Shown here one piece after another: positions 41,145 to 54,847 of a stretch of DNA of 64,000 nt. The position numbers and the translations under genes were made by a program. Position 1 is the first letter of the stretch, and every line of letters begins with the position of its first letter. The notes beneath the pieces are model-generated. The model was given only the letters and a program-made list of their open reading frames with translations, searched no databases and was not told the DNA's origin. The DNA comes from Octopus vulgaris (lineage: Eukaryota): the NCBI GenBank assembly GCA_951406725.2, contig OX597814.1, positions 151,962,001-152,026,000 on the forward strand, read 5' to 3'.

Positions 41145-41955
41145 CATATATATATATGATCATGCTTCAGTATTTCGTTATATTTGTAAAGAGAGTGATG
41201 ATAAGACGGAAAAATACGTTTATGTATTTTATTAAATTAGTTTCAATGATAAAAGGGAAAAACTGTTATACCCAGATTAAATCATTTACATGTATCAATT
41301 TATAAAATTCTGTACACGCCACTGAAGTGATTCGAAGAAAAGAACATTAGCAATAATGTTTGGAATGGCGAATCAATATGTTAGACAATAGCAACAACGA
41401 CAACAACAAAATAAAAATAACAAACCTTTTTGATCAATTTGTTTGGAATATGCAATTTAAGAACAAAAAATGTTCTTGTCCGCCAAAAGTTGACTGGTTT
41501 GTTTTTAAACTGTTGCACTGTCTGAGTGCAAGGAGAAAACTTAACAGCTTATTCTAAACATCTGTACCATACATGAATCCATGTTAAAAATACCTTGAAT
41601 TAAATTGTTTTATGGAGGATAAATTTTGTAATCGAAAAAATGTTAAGCTTTTACAAAACATCCATATTTCCTTATATAGAGTTATAATATACGAAACATA
41701 TACTTGGGTTACTCTCCAAAGCTGAAGCTATAGCAAATGACTAGGAATTTTATTAAAATCTTTATCTCCTTGATCGTGAGGTAAACATTTTATTAATATT
41801 TAAAAACAAAGTTTTTATATGATTAGTTAAATTGTTATTTCTGTATCTGATAATATATGAAGTAAGTGACATATTCAAGTTTTATAAATAATCTACTTAT
41901 CTGTTATGGAATCCGAAATTTTTTGCAGTCAATTTTATTTTATTTTAAAATTTAC

Positions 41956-42038
<83 letters not shown>

Positions 42039-42041
42039 TGT

Positions 42042-42075
<34 letters not shown>

Positions 42076-43065
42076 TGTAATCACTATTGTGTCTAAAACG
42101 TTTTGAAGAGATCGATATTTTTCTTATTAGTTAGTAAATATAATCAACACGCATATTATAGCTCGCCGTTGTTCTCTATTGTCGTAACTGAAATAAATAT
42201 AGTCGAAAAAAAAAAAAAAAAATGAAAATCAAACTATTAACATCGTTTTAAATTATTACTCTTTTCGTAAGCTATCGTTATTATTGATATTGATATCACT
42301 GATAAGTATTTTCTTATTATTCTTTTCATTTTCACTCAGAGACAATCGTAACTGAACATGTTGATAGAATGTCATTATAATGACTGAATAATAGCTGAAT
42401 ATGTATGCGTATGTGAGTCAACGAGTTGTATCTTGACACTGGCATTATGAAGTATCTCCATCCATGACACTTAAATTTCGCTGACGTATTCACCTATTTT
42501 AAACAAGTTCAGCAGGAACTTGAAGCTCCCAGTAGTATGCAACAGGAGCATTTTTTTTACGAGTATTTCGTTAGCTACTTGTAGAGGGAGGGTAAGAGGA
42601 AGATATGACATCCAACAGGCTAGCCTACCCTAAATATATTCCACGATGTCGTACTTTTCATGGTGTGTTCCAATGATGTAATGTATTGTGGTGCACACCA
42701 CAAATAATTTTAATAAATTTGCAAAGTTTCATTAGAATTTTAAAAAAGCAATCGGTCTTGAATTTTTTCTCGAGCAGAACATGTAAAATGAGAAAACAAC
42801 TTTGATTTTATATAAAATCTGATTAGATTTCATAAATGTATGCGTTTTGTAAAATATAAATATTTACTATTCATAACATACTTTTTTTTCCAAATTTATT
42901 GTATTCATGCAATTTATATCATCATTCACTGCCACCATACCAATTGATGTAGTTATAAGAATTTCAAAATATAACACTTTATGTGGAAGTTGCGAGATCT
43001 TAAGCTGGAATGAGAATAATCTGAATATATCGAACACTTATTCTCTTATTTCGTTATTCTCTCAT

Positions 43066-43745
43066 TTATCTGTTTGATTTTATAATGCCCAGCTTTCTCC
43101 CAAGTCTTGTGAAAGTTTCACGAACTTGATTCTGCATCAGTTCGAAACACATAGCAACTAGAGCCAGTCCAAAAAGTAAATACACTGAGCAGATTATCTG
43201 CTTACTTTGGTTGTGCCATGAATCTAAACTTGAGCCTGGCACGAAATCACCAAAACCTATGGTACTGAGAGTAATGAAACAAAAGTAAGAACCTTCCACG
43301 TAATTCCAATCTTTCTCCCACATTGTAAATAATAAAGTACCACAGAATATGTAACCAGTCATTATTAAAAGAGTCACAACCACTGGTATATTTCTGGTTT
43401 CGTTTTCGGGACTTTCATCAATGGAATAGACCACTGTGTCTCTTGGAGTTACGTTACTGCCATCTATAAAGGTGCTGTTAACTGATTCACTGTTTTCCAT
43501 ATTTAAGTTTCCTGACTGTACGTAAGTAGGAGCCATTTCGGATCGAATTGCTGGTGTTCTATTTTTTGTTTTAGTCTTTTTGCACCATTGACAGCAGAGC
43601 ACTTGGTAGTAGAACACGCGGAAGCAACTGGCAAGCAGATTACCCAAATTCGCGAGACATAATAACGTTAGAGGTATACCGAACACCGCATACGCAATCG
43701 TAGCTAGACGTCCCCAAACTGTTTTTGGTGCGATATGGCCATAAC
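43066..43745 (-). CDS. K2P channel coding exon 3 (rest of P1 filter, M2, intracellular loop, M3, P2, M4, stop)
   Basis: Acceptor ttttttttcttcag|GT, phase 1, completes TTIG|YGHIAPKTVWGRLATIAYAVFGIPL. Second pore motif YFCFITLSTIGFGD and M4 YLLFGLALVAMCF are present. Stop at 43066-43068. Exon lengths 320+227+680 = 1227 nt = 408 aa plus stop. Confidence 0.95.
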
Positions 43746-44394
43746 CTGAAGAAAAAAAAGGGAGAGAATCAATAGAAAATAAAATGTGATAGAGATTGGT
43801 TTCATATTATAGCACAGGGCCAGCATTTTAAAGAGGAAGGGAAAGTCAATTACATCGACCCTAGTTCTTGACTGGTATTTATTTTATCGGCCCCGAAAAG
43901 ATGAAGGATAAAATGCGTCCTAAATTAAGAAAAAAATTGTGCAAGTCTTCAACAAAAAACACGATATACCTGTATCTCTACATTCCTAAATATGCGCGCG
44001 CGCACACATACATACACGCAGACACACACACACATGCACATACACACCCTCACGTATGTTTGTATGTGTGTGTGTATGAGAAGGCGCATGCCTTAGTGGC
44101 TTGGAGGCGCGTGGATCAGTGGCTAGGAAGCACGTGGTTTAGTGGTTAGGGCATGTGGCTCACGATCGTAAGGTCATGAGTTCAATTTAAGGCGGTGCGT
44201 TGTACCTTGAGCAAGACACTTTACTTCTCGTTGCACTAGTTCATTTAGCTTATTCTTTTACTCTTTTACTTGTTTCAGTCATTTAACTGTGGCTATGCTG
44301 GAGCACCGCCTTTAGTCGAGCAAATTGACCCCAGGACTTATTCTTTGTAAGCCTTGTACTTATTCTATCGGGGACGTAAACGCACCAGTATATT

Positions 44395-44715
44395 GTGGGA
44401 AGAAGTTGACATGAGCTTGGCTCTACGGGTTGCCACCCAGAATAGAACCCGAGTGGATAGAATACACTATCCGCCGGCGTCTGGGTGGCAGTGGATCCAA
44501 GCTGCTTGATGTTAAAATTTTTCCGGCGGCTGATTGGGTTGGGTCAAAAGCTATTTTGACCCTGTGCACCCAATCAGCCACGAATCTGGTCTTTCCAGAT
44601 TTTTTGAAAATGGCCGGTTGCAGGTACCCATTGATACTTGAGGGACATCCTCCAAGGGTCACCTGTGCCTGGAACCAGGCCACATTAAAAAGAACCAGAG
44701 TAGGATCCTGGAACA
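44395..44715 (+). mobile_element. Probable LINE ORF1 (gag-like, zinc-knuckle) fragment, highly self-complementary
   Basis: Open frame LPPRIEPEWIE...RYPLILEGHPPR, then in a shifted frame HLCLEPGHIKKN (partial CX2CX4HX4C). GC-richer than its flanks and bounded by two opposed family-B SINE halves. Confidence 0.5.
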
Positions 44716-45605
44716 TGTATATATCTATATGTGTATGTGACTTTGTGTCTGTGTTTGTCCTCCCACCACTGCTTGACAACCGGTGTCGGCATGTTTGCGT
44801 CACCGTAAACTAGTGGTTCGGTGAAAGCGTACGATATAAGCACCGATATAAGTCCCCGGGCCGATTCATTCGACTAAAAATTCAAGGCGGTGCCCTAGCA
44901 TGGCCACAGTCTAATGACTAAAACAACTTAAATATAAAACATAAAACATGTTTCTATGTTTGTATGTATGTGTATGCGTGTGTGCGAGGGTGAGGAGGCA
45001 AGAGTAAATTTATGGGAGACTGTGTAAAGATTATACAGTAATGTACAATGTAAGTAGGTAATTTTTGAGGAAAGCAGCGTAGTTAAAAATATAACCAGCA
45101 ATATTGCTGAAGATGAAAAAACATTTTAAAAATCTTTTCTTGAATTACTGAAACGAATAAATAAATGCTTGATATATAGATTTTCATTTTTCCGGTTCAT
45201 CGTTAAAATTACCTGGTTAAAAATTATTAAGCTAGCATTATCGACAATAAGAGATTTCTTATTAAAAAGAGTTACTCATAAAGAAAAGAAAAGAAACAAG
45301 ACTATTTATTTGAAATTTTTGGGGAGAGAAATTTATTGATGGAACTACATATATATTACAAAACGTAATGATGTATAGCGGCCAAAAGAAATTTCGAAAA
45401 TATGTAATTTCCTGGTTGTCATTTGATTCCATGATGTCACAAAAATTTGAAAAAGGAAGTTTACTCGCTTCGGTAATTCAGGGAAGCCATATTATTATCA
45501 TTATTATCATCATTTTTTTAAACATTTCGGATTATTGCTAGTTTCCTTTTATCTACACCACTTTTCTCAAAGATTATCAACTATGTATGTATGTATGTAT
45601 GTATA

Positions 45606-45674
<69 letters not shown>

Positions 45675-45703
45675 ATATATATATGTATGTATATATATAT
45701 ATG

Positions 45704-45791
<88 letters not shown>

Positions 45792-46086
45792 ATTACCTTT
45801 TATCTTTTACTTGTTCCAGTCATTAGACTGTGACCATACTGTGGCGCACTTGGAATTTTAGTCGAATGAATCGACCCCTGAGCATTTTTTAAAACCTGGT
45901 ACTTATTCTATCGATCTTTTTCCCCCGAATCGCTAAGTTACAAGAATGTAAACAGAGCGACACCGGTTGTGAAGCGGCGTTTGTGTGTGGGGGACAAACA
46001 CTGACGCAAAGAAACCCGCCACACATACACATCCATATACATACATACATACATACATACATACATACATACATACATACATACAT

Positions 46087-46154
<68 letters not shown>

Positions 46155-46470
46155 ATATATATATATATATATATATATATACGACGGGCTTTTCTTCTGT
46201 TTCCGTCTGCCAAATCCATTCACAAGGCGGTCGGCCACTAGTTTGTGTGTGCGCACGCGCCTGTGTTTGAGGGAGAGACGGAGAGTGAAAGAGAGAGATA
46301 CATACACACGTACACACACACACACACACACATGTATATGTATGTATGGGTGTTGCGTGTCTCTGTATAATGAAAGACTCTGGCCCAAAGTGCCACGCAG
46401 AGGCACTGAACCCGGAACTATGTGGTTGGGTAACAAACATTTTACTACACAGCCACTATATATATATATA

Positions 46471-46708
46471 TTGGGTTGGTGCATAATTATTTCAACAAAT
46501 TTTATTCAACAAAAACAATAACAATATTTAACTAAAACATCTTTAAAAGGATGTCTGACCGTCTGTGAAGCAAATGGGAAGCAGCAATTGAAGTAAATGG
46601 TGAATATGCTCCGGAATAATCACTTTAAGATGTTTTTGTTAAGATATTATAGGTTTTGTTGAATGAAATCTGCTGAAAAAGAGCCGCAATAATTATGCAC
46701 CAACCCAA
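46471..46708 (+). mobile_element. Mariner-derived MITE (internal-deletion derivative)
   Basis: TIRs TTGGGTTGGTGCATAATTATT / AATAATTATGCACCAACCCAA. Retains the transposase C-terminus SKWEAAIEVNGEYAPE*. TA on the left, TG on the right. Confidence 0.88.
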
Positions 46709-46709
46709 T

Positions 46710-46766
<57 letters not shown>

Positions 46767-46814
46767 GTGCGTGTGTGTTTATCACATACTCACACACACT
46801 CATACACATATAGT

Positions 46815-48160
46815 TATCTCCGCCAAGGAAGGAGGTTATGTTTTCATCGGCGTTGGTTTTTCCGTCTGTCCGTCTGTGTGCAAAATAACTCTAAAAGTTG
46901 TGAACGGTATTTGATGAAACCTATAGGAAAAGTTGAAAATGACACTAGGAAAAGATGATGAAATTTTGGTAGTGACCTGGGAATTTTATGGATTATTTAA
47001 GGATTTTTCATTTGTTATATTTACTTGAAGTATTACAATGTTACGTTCTTTAATTATCTCCCTTGAAAACATGTTCATCGTTTCCACGTAACCTGTGGTG
47101 GCGTTGCTGTTTCAAAAGTTCATTTTCATTTCTCTATTTGTAATTTTATTCGCGTATCTATTTTAAAATGAGCTGCTTAGCAGAGATTTGCGGAGGATGA
47201 AATGACAAGCCTTGACTATTGGGATCGACTCAAAAAGCTTCGGCTTTGCTCCCTCCACCGCCGCTGTGAGCTCTATATCATCTGTATGATGTGGAAAATA
47301 TTCCATCAAAATTGCCCATCTTTAAAATTCGTCCGGGGCTTGGCCTCCGTGCCATCCGTCCACTACAGAAATGTTCATGTCGTATCACAACACTATGACA
47401 GAACTATTTCACCTCAATTAGCCCTGCTCTCTTCAACATCATGCCAGACACACATAAAGGAGGAAAGTGACTTCACGGCATTCAAACGATCCCGAGTTGA
47501 TTACCCCCTACAAATACCAGATAAACCACCCACACCCAGATATATCTCTGAAAACAATAACCCTCTGCTTGAATGGGCTACGGTTCTCTAGAGCTGACCG
47601 TGTATCTCTTCCAGGTGGTGCTATTAAATTAGACATGGCCTGAGTCAACTTCGGTCGAAACTTATCTAGGTAATCTAGTTTATGCTATAACCTTCTAATC
47701 AAAGCATGACAATGTGGGTAGAGGCTGATATCTTAACATTTCTGATGGTCTTAAGTATAAAAAAAAATTATTAAAGATTTATATAGAAATGCATTCAGAT
47801 TATGTCTATAAGCTAATGTGTTTAGACCTGGTTTCTATCCACAAACTGTTCCGTTTTGTAGATGCAATTTTTTTTAATAAAGCACTCCGAAATTAGAAAA
47901 ATCAAAAATCTGCAACAATTTCAGTCCCATGAGTATCGGATAATGGATTTTCAACTGTGTAAAGAAACTGCTTGTGGTAATCGTAGTTTTGACGGTGATT
48001 GTGGTGAAAGCAGAGACAGTGTTGATGATGACGATGGTCGAGATAAGTATGGGATTTGCCGGCGTTGGTTTGGGAAATTGGGCGATTTTCAGCATGTGTG
48101 TATATGGGTGGAAATGAGCTGCTTGTTGGAGGTCTGCGCTCCCCGAGTTTTCTTCTAGTT
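46815..48160 (+). mobile_element. Non-autonomous Helentron/DINE-like element(s) with a nested LINE fragment
   Basis: 5' end TCTCCGCCAAGG..GGAGGTTATGTTTTC followed by GTCTGTCCGTCTGT. 3' end GGAGGTCTGCGCTCCCCGAG..TTCTAGTT at about 48130-48160. A second 3'-like end near 47170-47195. Confidence 0.6.
47195..47680 (+). mobile_element. CR1/L2-group LINE 3' end
   Basis: LDYWDRLKKLRLCSLHRRCELYIICMMWKI...FKRSRVDYPLQIPDKP resembles the ORF2 C-terminus of this group. Confidence 0.7.
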
Positions 48161-48251
48161 ATAGTAATGATTGCTTTGGTGTTCATAATATAAACAATTT
48201 TACATTAATCTGATGGGTTACTATACTTTCGTAGAATATAAATTTATTTTG

Positions 48252-48346
48252 ATACAAGACGGTTGTTGATAGTGACTTCAAAGTTTTGGTCGGCTAAGCC
48301 ATCGTCCGACGTAACTTCGAAGTCACTCTCAACAACAGTCTTGCAT
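48252..48346. repeat. ~95-bp hairpin or tiny MITE
   Basis: caagacggttgttgatagtgacttcaaagtt pairs with aacttcgaagtcactctcaacaacagtcttg (3 mismatches in 31). Inner gtcgg/ccgac also pair. Confidence 0.8.
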
Positions 48347-48353
48347 AAGAATA

Positions 48354-48401
<48 letters not shown>

Positions 48402-48413
48402 GTATGTATATTC

Positions 48414-48818
48414 TTTTACTTGTTTCAGTCATTTTTGATGGCGGCCATGCTGGAGCACCGCCTTTAATCGAGCAAATCGACCCCGGGACTTATTCTTTTG
48501 TAAGCCCAATACTTATTCTATCGATCTCTTTTGCCGAACCGCTAAGTGACGGGGACGTAAACACACCAGCATCGGTTGTCAAGCAATGCTAGGGGGACAA
48601 ACACAGACACACAAACACACACACGCATACATATATATATATATATATATACATATATACGACGGGCTTCTTTCAGTTTCCGTCTACCAAATCCACTCAC
48701 AAGGCTTTGGTCGGCCCGAGGCTATAGTAGAAGACACTTGCCCAAGGTGCCACGCAGGGGGGACTGAACCCGGAACCATGTGGTTGGTAAACAAGCTACT
48801 TACCACACAGCCACTCCT
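48414..48818 (-). mobile_element. Family-B SINE, complete young copy
   Basis: Head AGGAGTGGCTGTGTGGTAAG at 48818 through tail GACTGAAACAAGTAAAAG, with internal microsatellite. Confidence 0.88.
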
Positions 48819-49164
48819 GAGCCTATATATATATATATATATATATTCTTGATCGTAGGTATTACCATCGATAAACTGTAATGTTTGTTTAAGAGAATGA
48901 CTCTACCATTTGATGTACGTTTATATTTCATGTGATGCGTGTGAATATGATGTTATATAACATTTTATGATTGAGCATCATTTTAGTAGCAGGTGAAATT
49001 TTCACTTTCAGCGTTGTTTACGTTATCGTTTGATTCTTTTATGTGCTACTTTAAAATCCTGTTTTAGCGTGCGATTGAAGTGGACGTTATTTGATGCAAA
49101 AAAAAAGAAAAAGAAAATGAAGCAAATTAAACAGAAACAACGAAAAGTATTATGCATACATACT

Positions 49165-49235
<71 letters not shown>

Positions 49236-49248
49236 GTATGTATATATG

Positions 49249-49279
<31 letters not shown>

Positions 49280-49420
49280 ATGTATGTGTGTATATGTATA
49301 TATATATGTGTATATATATATATGTATGTATATATATATATATGTGTATATATATATATATATATATGTATATGTATATATATATATGTATATGTACATA
49401 TATGTATATATATGTATATG

Positions 49421-49484
<64 letters not shown>

Positions 49485-51932
49485 TATATACATATATATA
49501 TACATATGTACATGTACAATGTATTCATACATACGCACTCGCAAAATTATGTGATGTGTCTGCGCATGAGACTAGCTGTGAGCAGATTATGTGTAATATA
49601 TTTTTTATTCATTATATTAACTTCAATAACACATTTTTCCATGAGAGGATCTACAGTAAGTTCTTTTTATCAAGCCTAGAATAAATAGCAAATTCTTAAA
49701 AATTCCAATTTTACTGTAGCAAAAGATTGATTAAACGTTTCATTACAGCCACTGCAGAGCTGCGTCATTCCATACTAAAACACCAGTACGATCACCGGGT
49801 AGATATTATAACCCTCATTAAGTTGTGTCTGTTTTATTACTATCGCCACTGAATTATGCCTTTTCTACTACCACTATGCTGATTTATTTATTTCTTTATT
49901 GCTCACAGGGGAATAAACATAGAGGAGACAAACAAGGACAGACAAAGGGGTTAAGTTGATTACATCGATCCGAGTGTGTAACTGGTACTTATTTAATCGA
50001 CCTTGAAAAGATGAAAGGCAAAGTCGACCTCGGCGGAATTTGAACTCAGAACGTAACGGCAGACGAAATATCGCTAAGCATACACGCATAACTCGTGTCA
50101 CTTGACGTAGCACTGATTCATTTCATTGCAACTAGCACCAAGGTATTACAACCGTTTCTAACCTATCGCTACAATGAATATTGAATTGTGTCCTAACAGC
50201 CACCCCGTAGCTGTTTCAATACAACCAATTCTAAACTGTGCAGTATCATCAGAGCCACGGAATTTGGTAGACGGCAACTGTGCATAAGATCATCGTGTGT
50301 GTGTGTGTATGTATGTATGTATGTATGTATGTATGTATGTATGTATGTATGTATGGATGGATGGATGTATGGATGGATGGATGGATGGATAGGTGTGTGT
50401 GTGTGTGTGTAGATGTACGTATGTATGTATGTGTGTTCTTTTTCACTTTTTAAGTTAGAATAAATTTTCTTTTCTACTCTAGGTACAAGGCCCGAAATTT
50501 TTGGGGAGGGGCCAGTCAATTAAATCAACCCAGTATGCAGCTGGTACTTAATTTATCAACCCCGAAAGGATGAAATGCAAAGACGACTTTGGCGGAATTT
50601 GAATTGGGAATGTAAAGACAGACGAAATACCTATTTCTTTACTACTCACAAGGGGCTAAACACAGAGAGGACAAACAAGGACAGACAAACGGATTAAGTC
50701 GATTATATCGACCCCAGTGCGTAACTGGTACTTATTTAATCGACCCCGAAAGGTTGAAAGGCAAAGTCGACGGAATTTGACTCAGAACGTAGCAGCAGAC
50801 GAAATGCGGCTACGCATTTCGCCCGGCGTGCTAACGTTTCTACCAGCTCGCCGCCATAGGCTAGAATAAATTTTGACTGTAAGTGAGAATGTAAGTATTC
50901 GGTCCAGGTCTCCAGTTTAAGCGCAAACATAACTTGTTTCTATTCACCTGTCTCAAAGGACCTAGTTCATAAACGCTGCTCTTCTCTTCTCCTTTATGGA
51001 TTTTGTTCGACCCGGTTTAGACAAAAGTTCCCCTGTCACACATTCTATATCGGCAAAAACTGTGAATATCGGTGACAAAAAAAGAAAAGAAAAACAATAT
51101 ACCGGTATTCTTGAACGGAAATACTTGATGACTTTCAAATTCTGCCGAGGTTGACTTTGCCTTTCATCCTTTCGGAGTCAATAAAATAAATACCATTTGA
51201 ACACTGGGGTCGATATAATCGATTTACCCCAACTCTTGAAATTGCTGGCTGAATGCCAAAATTTGAAATCGTTATTTTAATCAATTTGCAGACAGACCAC
51301 TGTCATTCTTGTTCTCGTGATTGCGGTTAACAAATGTATAGTTCCCTGAAAAGCAGTAACTAACGACGCTATTGTTCACAATACGCATAGTATAAACTAA
51401 AATTAATGCTAGACGTATGAAATAAGTATTGTATATGCGCATATGGGCGTGTATATATGTATATACTAGCGTGTGTGTACTATGTATGTACGTATGTATG
51501 TATAAATTTATATACATTACTTATGTATATATTATCTATATGTTTTGTATAAATCAAGAGTGAATATTAGTTCAGACATTTATTACTCTATTGAGAGAAC
51601 TCTCAAGATAAGCCATCGTAGAGAAAAAGAGGAGAATTTAGCCTGACTTTTATAGAGCCAATATATAACGCGTGTAAACTAATTTATTGTTATCAATAAA
51701 GGAAATAATTTACAAACTGAATTTATCAATACCCGTTATCTAAACGAGTATGGAAGTATATGCCATATAATTTCGCTTTCAATTTGTAAACTATTATTTC
51801 ATATCCCGGCAATCAATTTTCTAACGTACATACATACATACATACGTACATACGTACGTATGTATATACATACGTATATATCTGTGTGTGTGCGCATATA
51901 TATATATATATATACACACACACGTTTGTATA

Positions 51933-51986
<54 letters not shown>

Positions 51987-52068
51987 CATATATACTACTT
52001 ATATAGAGGTACACTCAGTTACATTCGTACACATGCACACACACACACATATAAGTATGTATGTATGT

Positions 52069-52116
<48 letters not shown>

Positions 52117-52391
52117 GTATATGTATACTATATACCTGTATCAACATAACTTCTACCCCGCACATATTTATTATCTATGTCAAGATAATGTAGATCTTTG
52201 TTATGCCTACCGGTATCTTCTCAGATCTCAAAAGCTCCAAACTGGAATTTTATCTATAAAGCTAGATTTTTACTTTTTGAATTACTTTTTGAATTATTTG
52301 TAATTTAATGTGAACTTCAAAATTTCCCAAGCGCAAAGTTTCTCTCTATAAGCAATAATGCTGTTTGTATATTCTATATGATAAGTTTCTA

Positions 52392-53635
52392 ACAGACTGA
52401 GTAAAAAGTAAGCAACGTTTTGAAACATGAATTTCATCACAATATATTTCAACAAAGCGGAAATGTTATTCATCAAAGTAAGTACCATTACAATCAGCAC
52501 ATTTTTGCCAACGAGTTACAAGTTTGTTTATTCCGGTATCATAAAAACCTGGAGTTCTGGAGCTGATGAACTCTTTGAATGCACATTCAACATCGGTTTG
52601 ATTTTTAAATTCCTTCTCTCGCAAGAAACCATCAAGGTGCTTGAAAAAGTGGTAGTCGGTAGCCAAGTTTCCTCAACTTTTGGAGTGTCATTATTGAAAC
52701 TTGTTGTCGAGCATTGTCATGAAGAAAGATTGGCTCTCTTCTGTTGACCAGTCTGGGACGGAGGAGTGGCAGTTTTTCGTTCATTTTTTGCAATTTCATG
52801 GCAGTTTGTTTCTGCAGTAATGATTTTTCTCGGTTTTAAGAAGTTATAGTGGATGAGCCAGGCAGTACATCATCAAACAGTTACCATAACATTCGTTTTG
52901 AAGAGCTCGGGTTTAAGGAAGGTTTTCGGTGCTTCATTTTGGTCTAACCACTGCGAAAAACTTTTTTTTATTATTGTACAGAATCCGCTTTTCATAGCAA
53001 GTCACAATACTTTACAGAAATGGATCGGTCTGTTTACAGAGAAGAAGCGAGGAGCAAATTTCATATCTGCGTATTTTCTGATTTTTATTCAAATCGTGTG
53101 GTACCCATTTGTCGAGTTTTTTTTTTTTGGATTTTCCGATCGCATGCAAATAGTTGCAGGCAGTTTTCTGGCTAAACTGAAGTTCTTTTGCCACTTCCCG
53201 AGTGGGTTTACATGGATCTTTCTCAATGGACGGTTTTTTTAATCGACCGTCATCGATGACAGATGGGCGTCCACTACGCTCACGATCTTCAAGGTTCAGG
53301 TCTCCACTGTGAAATCGTTTAAACTATTTTCGAGCTGACTACTCACTGGTCATTTCCTCACCAAATGTTTCGTTGATATCGCGAGCAGTTTCAGCTGCTT
53401 TTGTTGAAGTTGAATAATAACATTGCTCGAATATCGCGCTTTGCCAGTTTCATTTCAGATGATTGCAGCAACAGTGAAAAATATATCAATGTTAGTTTAT
53501 TGATGCATTTGGGTAAAGTATATGTCTATATTATCAGATAATTGCAAAAAATGTTTTAAAAAATTCAAAACTCTGCAAACATCCGGCACAAATTCTTCAT
53601 GGTTCAAAATGTTGCTTACTTTTTACTCAACTTGG
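52392..53635 (-). mobile_element. Mariner element with both TIRs, internally deleted and frameshifted, in K2P intron 2
   Basis: TIRs share TGAGTAAAAAGTAAGCAAC.TTTTGAA.CATGA and are flanked by TA (52390-91, 53636-37). Motifs KWVPHDL, TDYHFF, RWQKC..CNGTYFDE*. Confidence 0.9.
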
Positions 53636-54620
53636 TAATTTAGATTCATGGTTGCCGTTTAAAAGACCCATGTAGCGTTATATTCCCTTTTGTAATAATG
53701 TTATTTAATGTCAGTCTTTTCTTGTATACTTACGGCATGGTCACTGATACTCTATTTTAGAGTTTCCCAGTCGGGCTTCCTCTGAAACCTAGGGGTCTAC
53801 GAGAGGGCTTCTAGAGATCATTAGAGACCTGCGAGAAATAATCCTTTCTACTATAGACACAAGGGAAGAAGAAAGTCGATTACATCGATCTCATTACTCA
53901 AATGGTATTTATTTTATCGATCCCGAAGGGATGAAAGGCAAAGTCGACGCCGACGGAATTTGTTCTCAGAACGTAACGACGAACGAAATGCCGCCAAGCA
54001 TTTTCCCCGGCGTGCTAACGATTCTGCCAGCTCTCCTCCTTCCCGGGTGAAACAATGATGAATATGTTATTTACTTGCAAATGCATTTTAATATAGTTGC
54101 TGTGCTTAATTCTATAATAGTAATTTTGTTATACACACATAGAGGCGACGAGATGGCAGAATAGGTAGCACGCCGGGCAAAATGCGTAGCGGCGCTTCTC
54201 ACTCTTTACTTTCTGAGTTCAAATACCGCCAAGGTCATCTTTGCTATTCATCATTTGGAAGTCGACAAAATGAGTATCAGTTGGGCTCTAGGGTTACAAC
54301 TCGCCAGACTTTCAAGTCTTGTGCCTGTAGTAGAAAGAGACATTCGAATTTCTGTCTGTAGGTTATAAGGAATCGCAGAAGAATGCTACGTTCAAATGCA
54401 CAGGAAATTTCTCCTAATATCGAAAACTGGAAGATATATGAGCTCCAGAACACCGCAACTTACCCTCATAATGCTGAAGTAAAAAGAAAATCAGAAGAAA
54501 AACAAACCCTTTTATCTATGGTATTTAACCGGACTAAATATTTAGGAGATTTATTGAGTGGGTTAATTTAACGGAGACTAAATCAATATATCTGCTGTAG
54601 AAATTTTTGTTTCAACCTAC

Positions 54621-54847
54621 CTATAGTTGTGATGACCGTTACAGAAAAAAGTAAGGCTCCGCTGAATGACCATTGGCCCTCATAATCTGGAGAAACCTCA
54701 TCAGTTCCGTCCCAGCCTTCATTTTTGACAGCTTTGAAGATTTCCAACTGAAAATATTTTAATTTTTCGTCAACTTTCTGCTTCCAGTGTTCTTCTTTTA
54801 GGATATTGAGGTTCTCTGTGTAATTCCATAATCGGCTTACTGCTAAT
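54621..54847 (-). CDS. K2P channel coding exon 2 (cap helix and pore helix 1); absent from the ORF track
   Basis: Acceptor ttttattactgcag|A and donor ATAG|GTAGGT. 227 nt, phase 2 in and phase 1 out. Translates without stops as (R)LAVSRLWNYTENLNILKEEHWKQKVDEKLKYFQLEIFKAVKNEGWDGTDEVSPDYEGQWSFSGALLFSVTVITTI(G). Confidence 0.93.

Noticed and set aside
43400-43560. Calcineurin PxIxIT docking site in the K2P loop, as in TRESK
   Set aside because: The best candidates (PAIRSE, DTVVYS) do not match the motif, and no orthology-based gene symbol can be justified.
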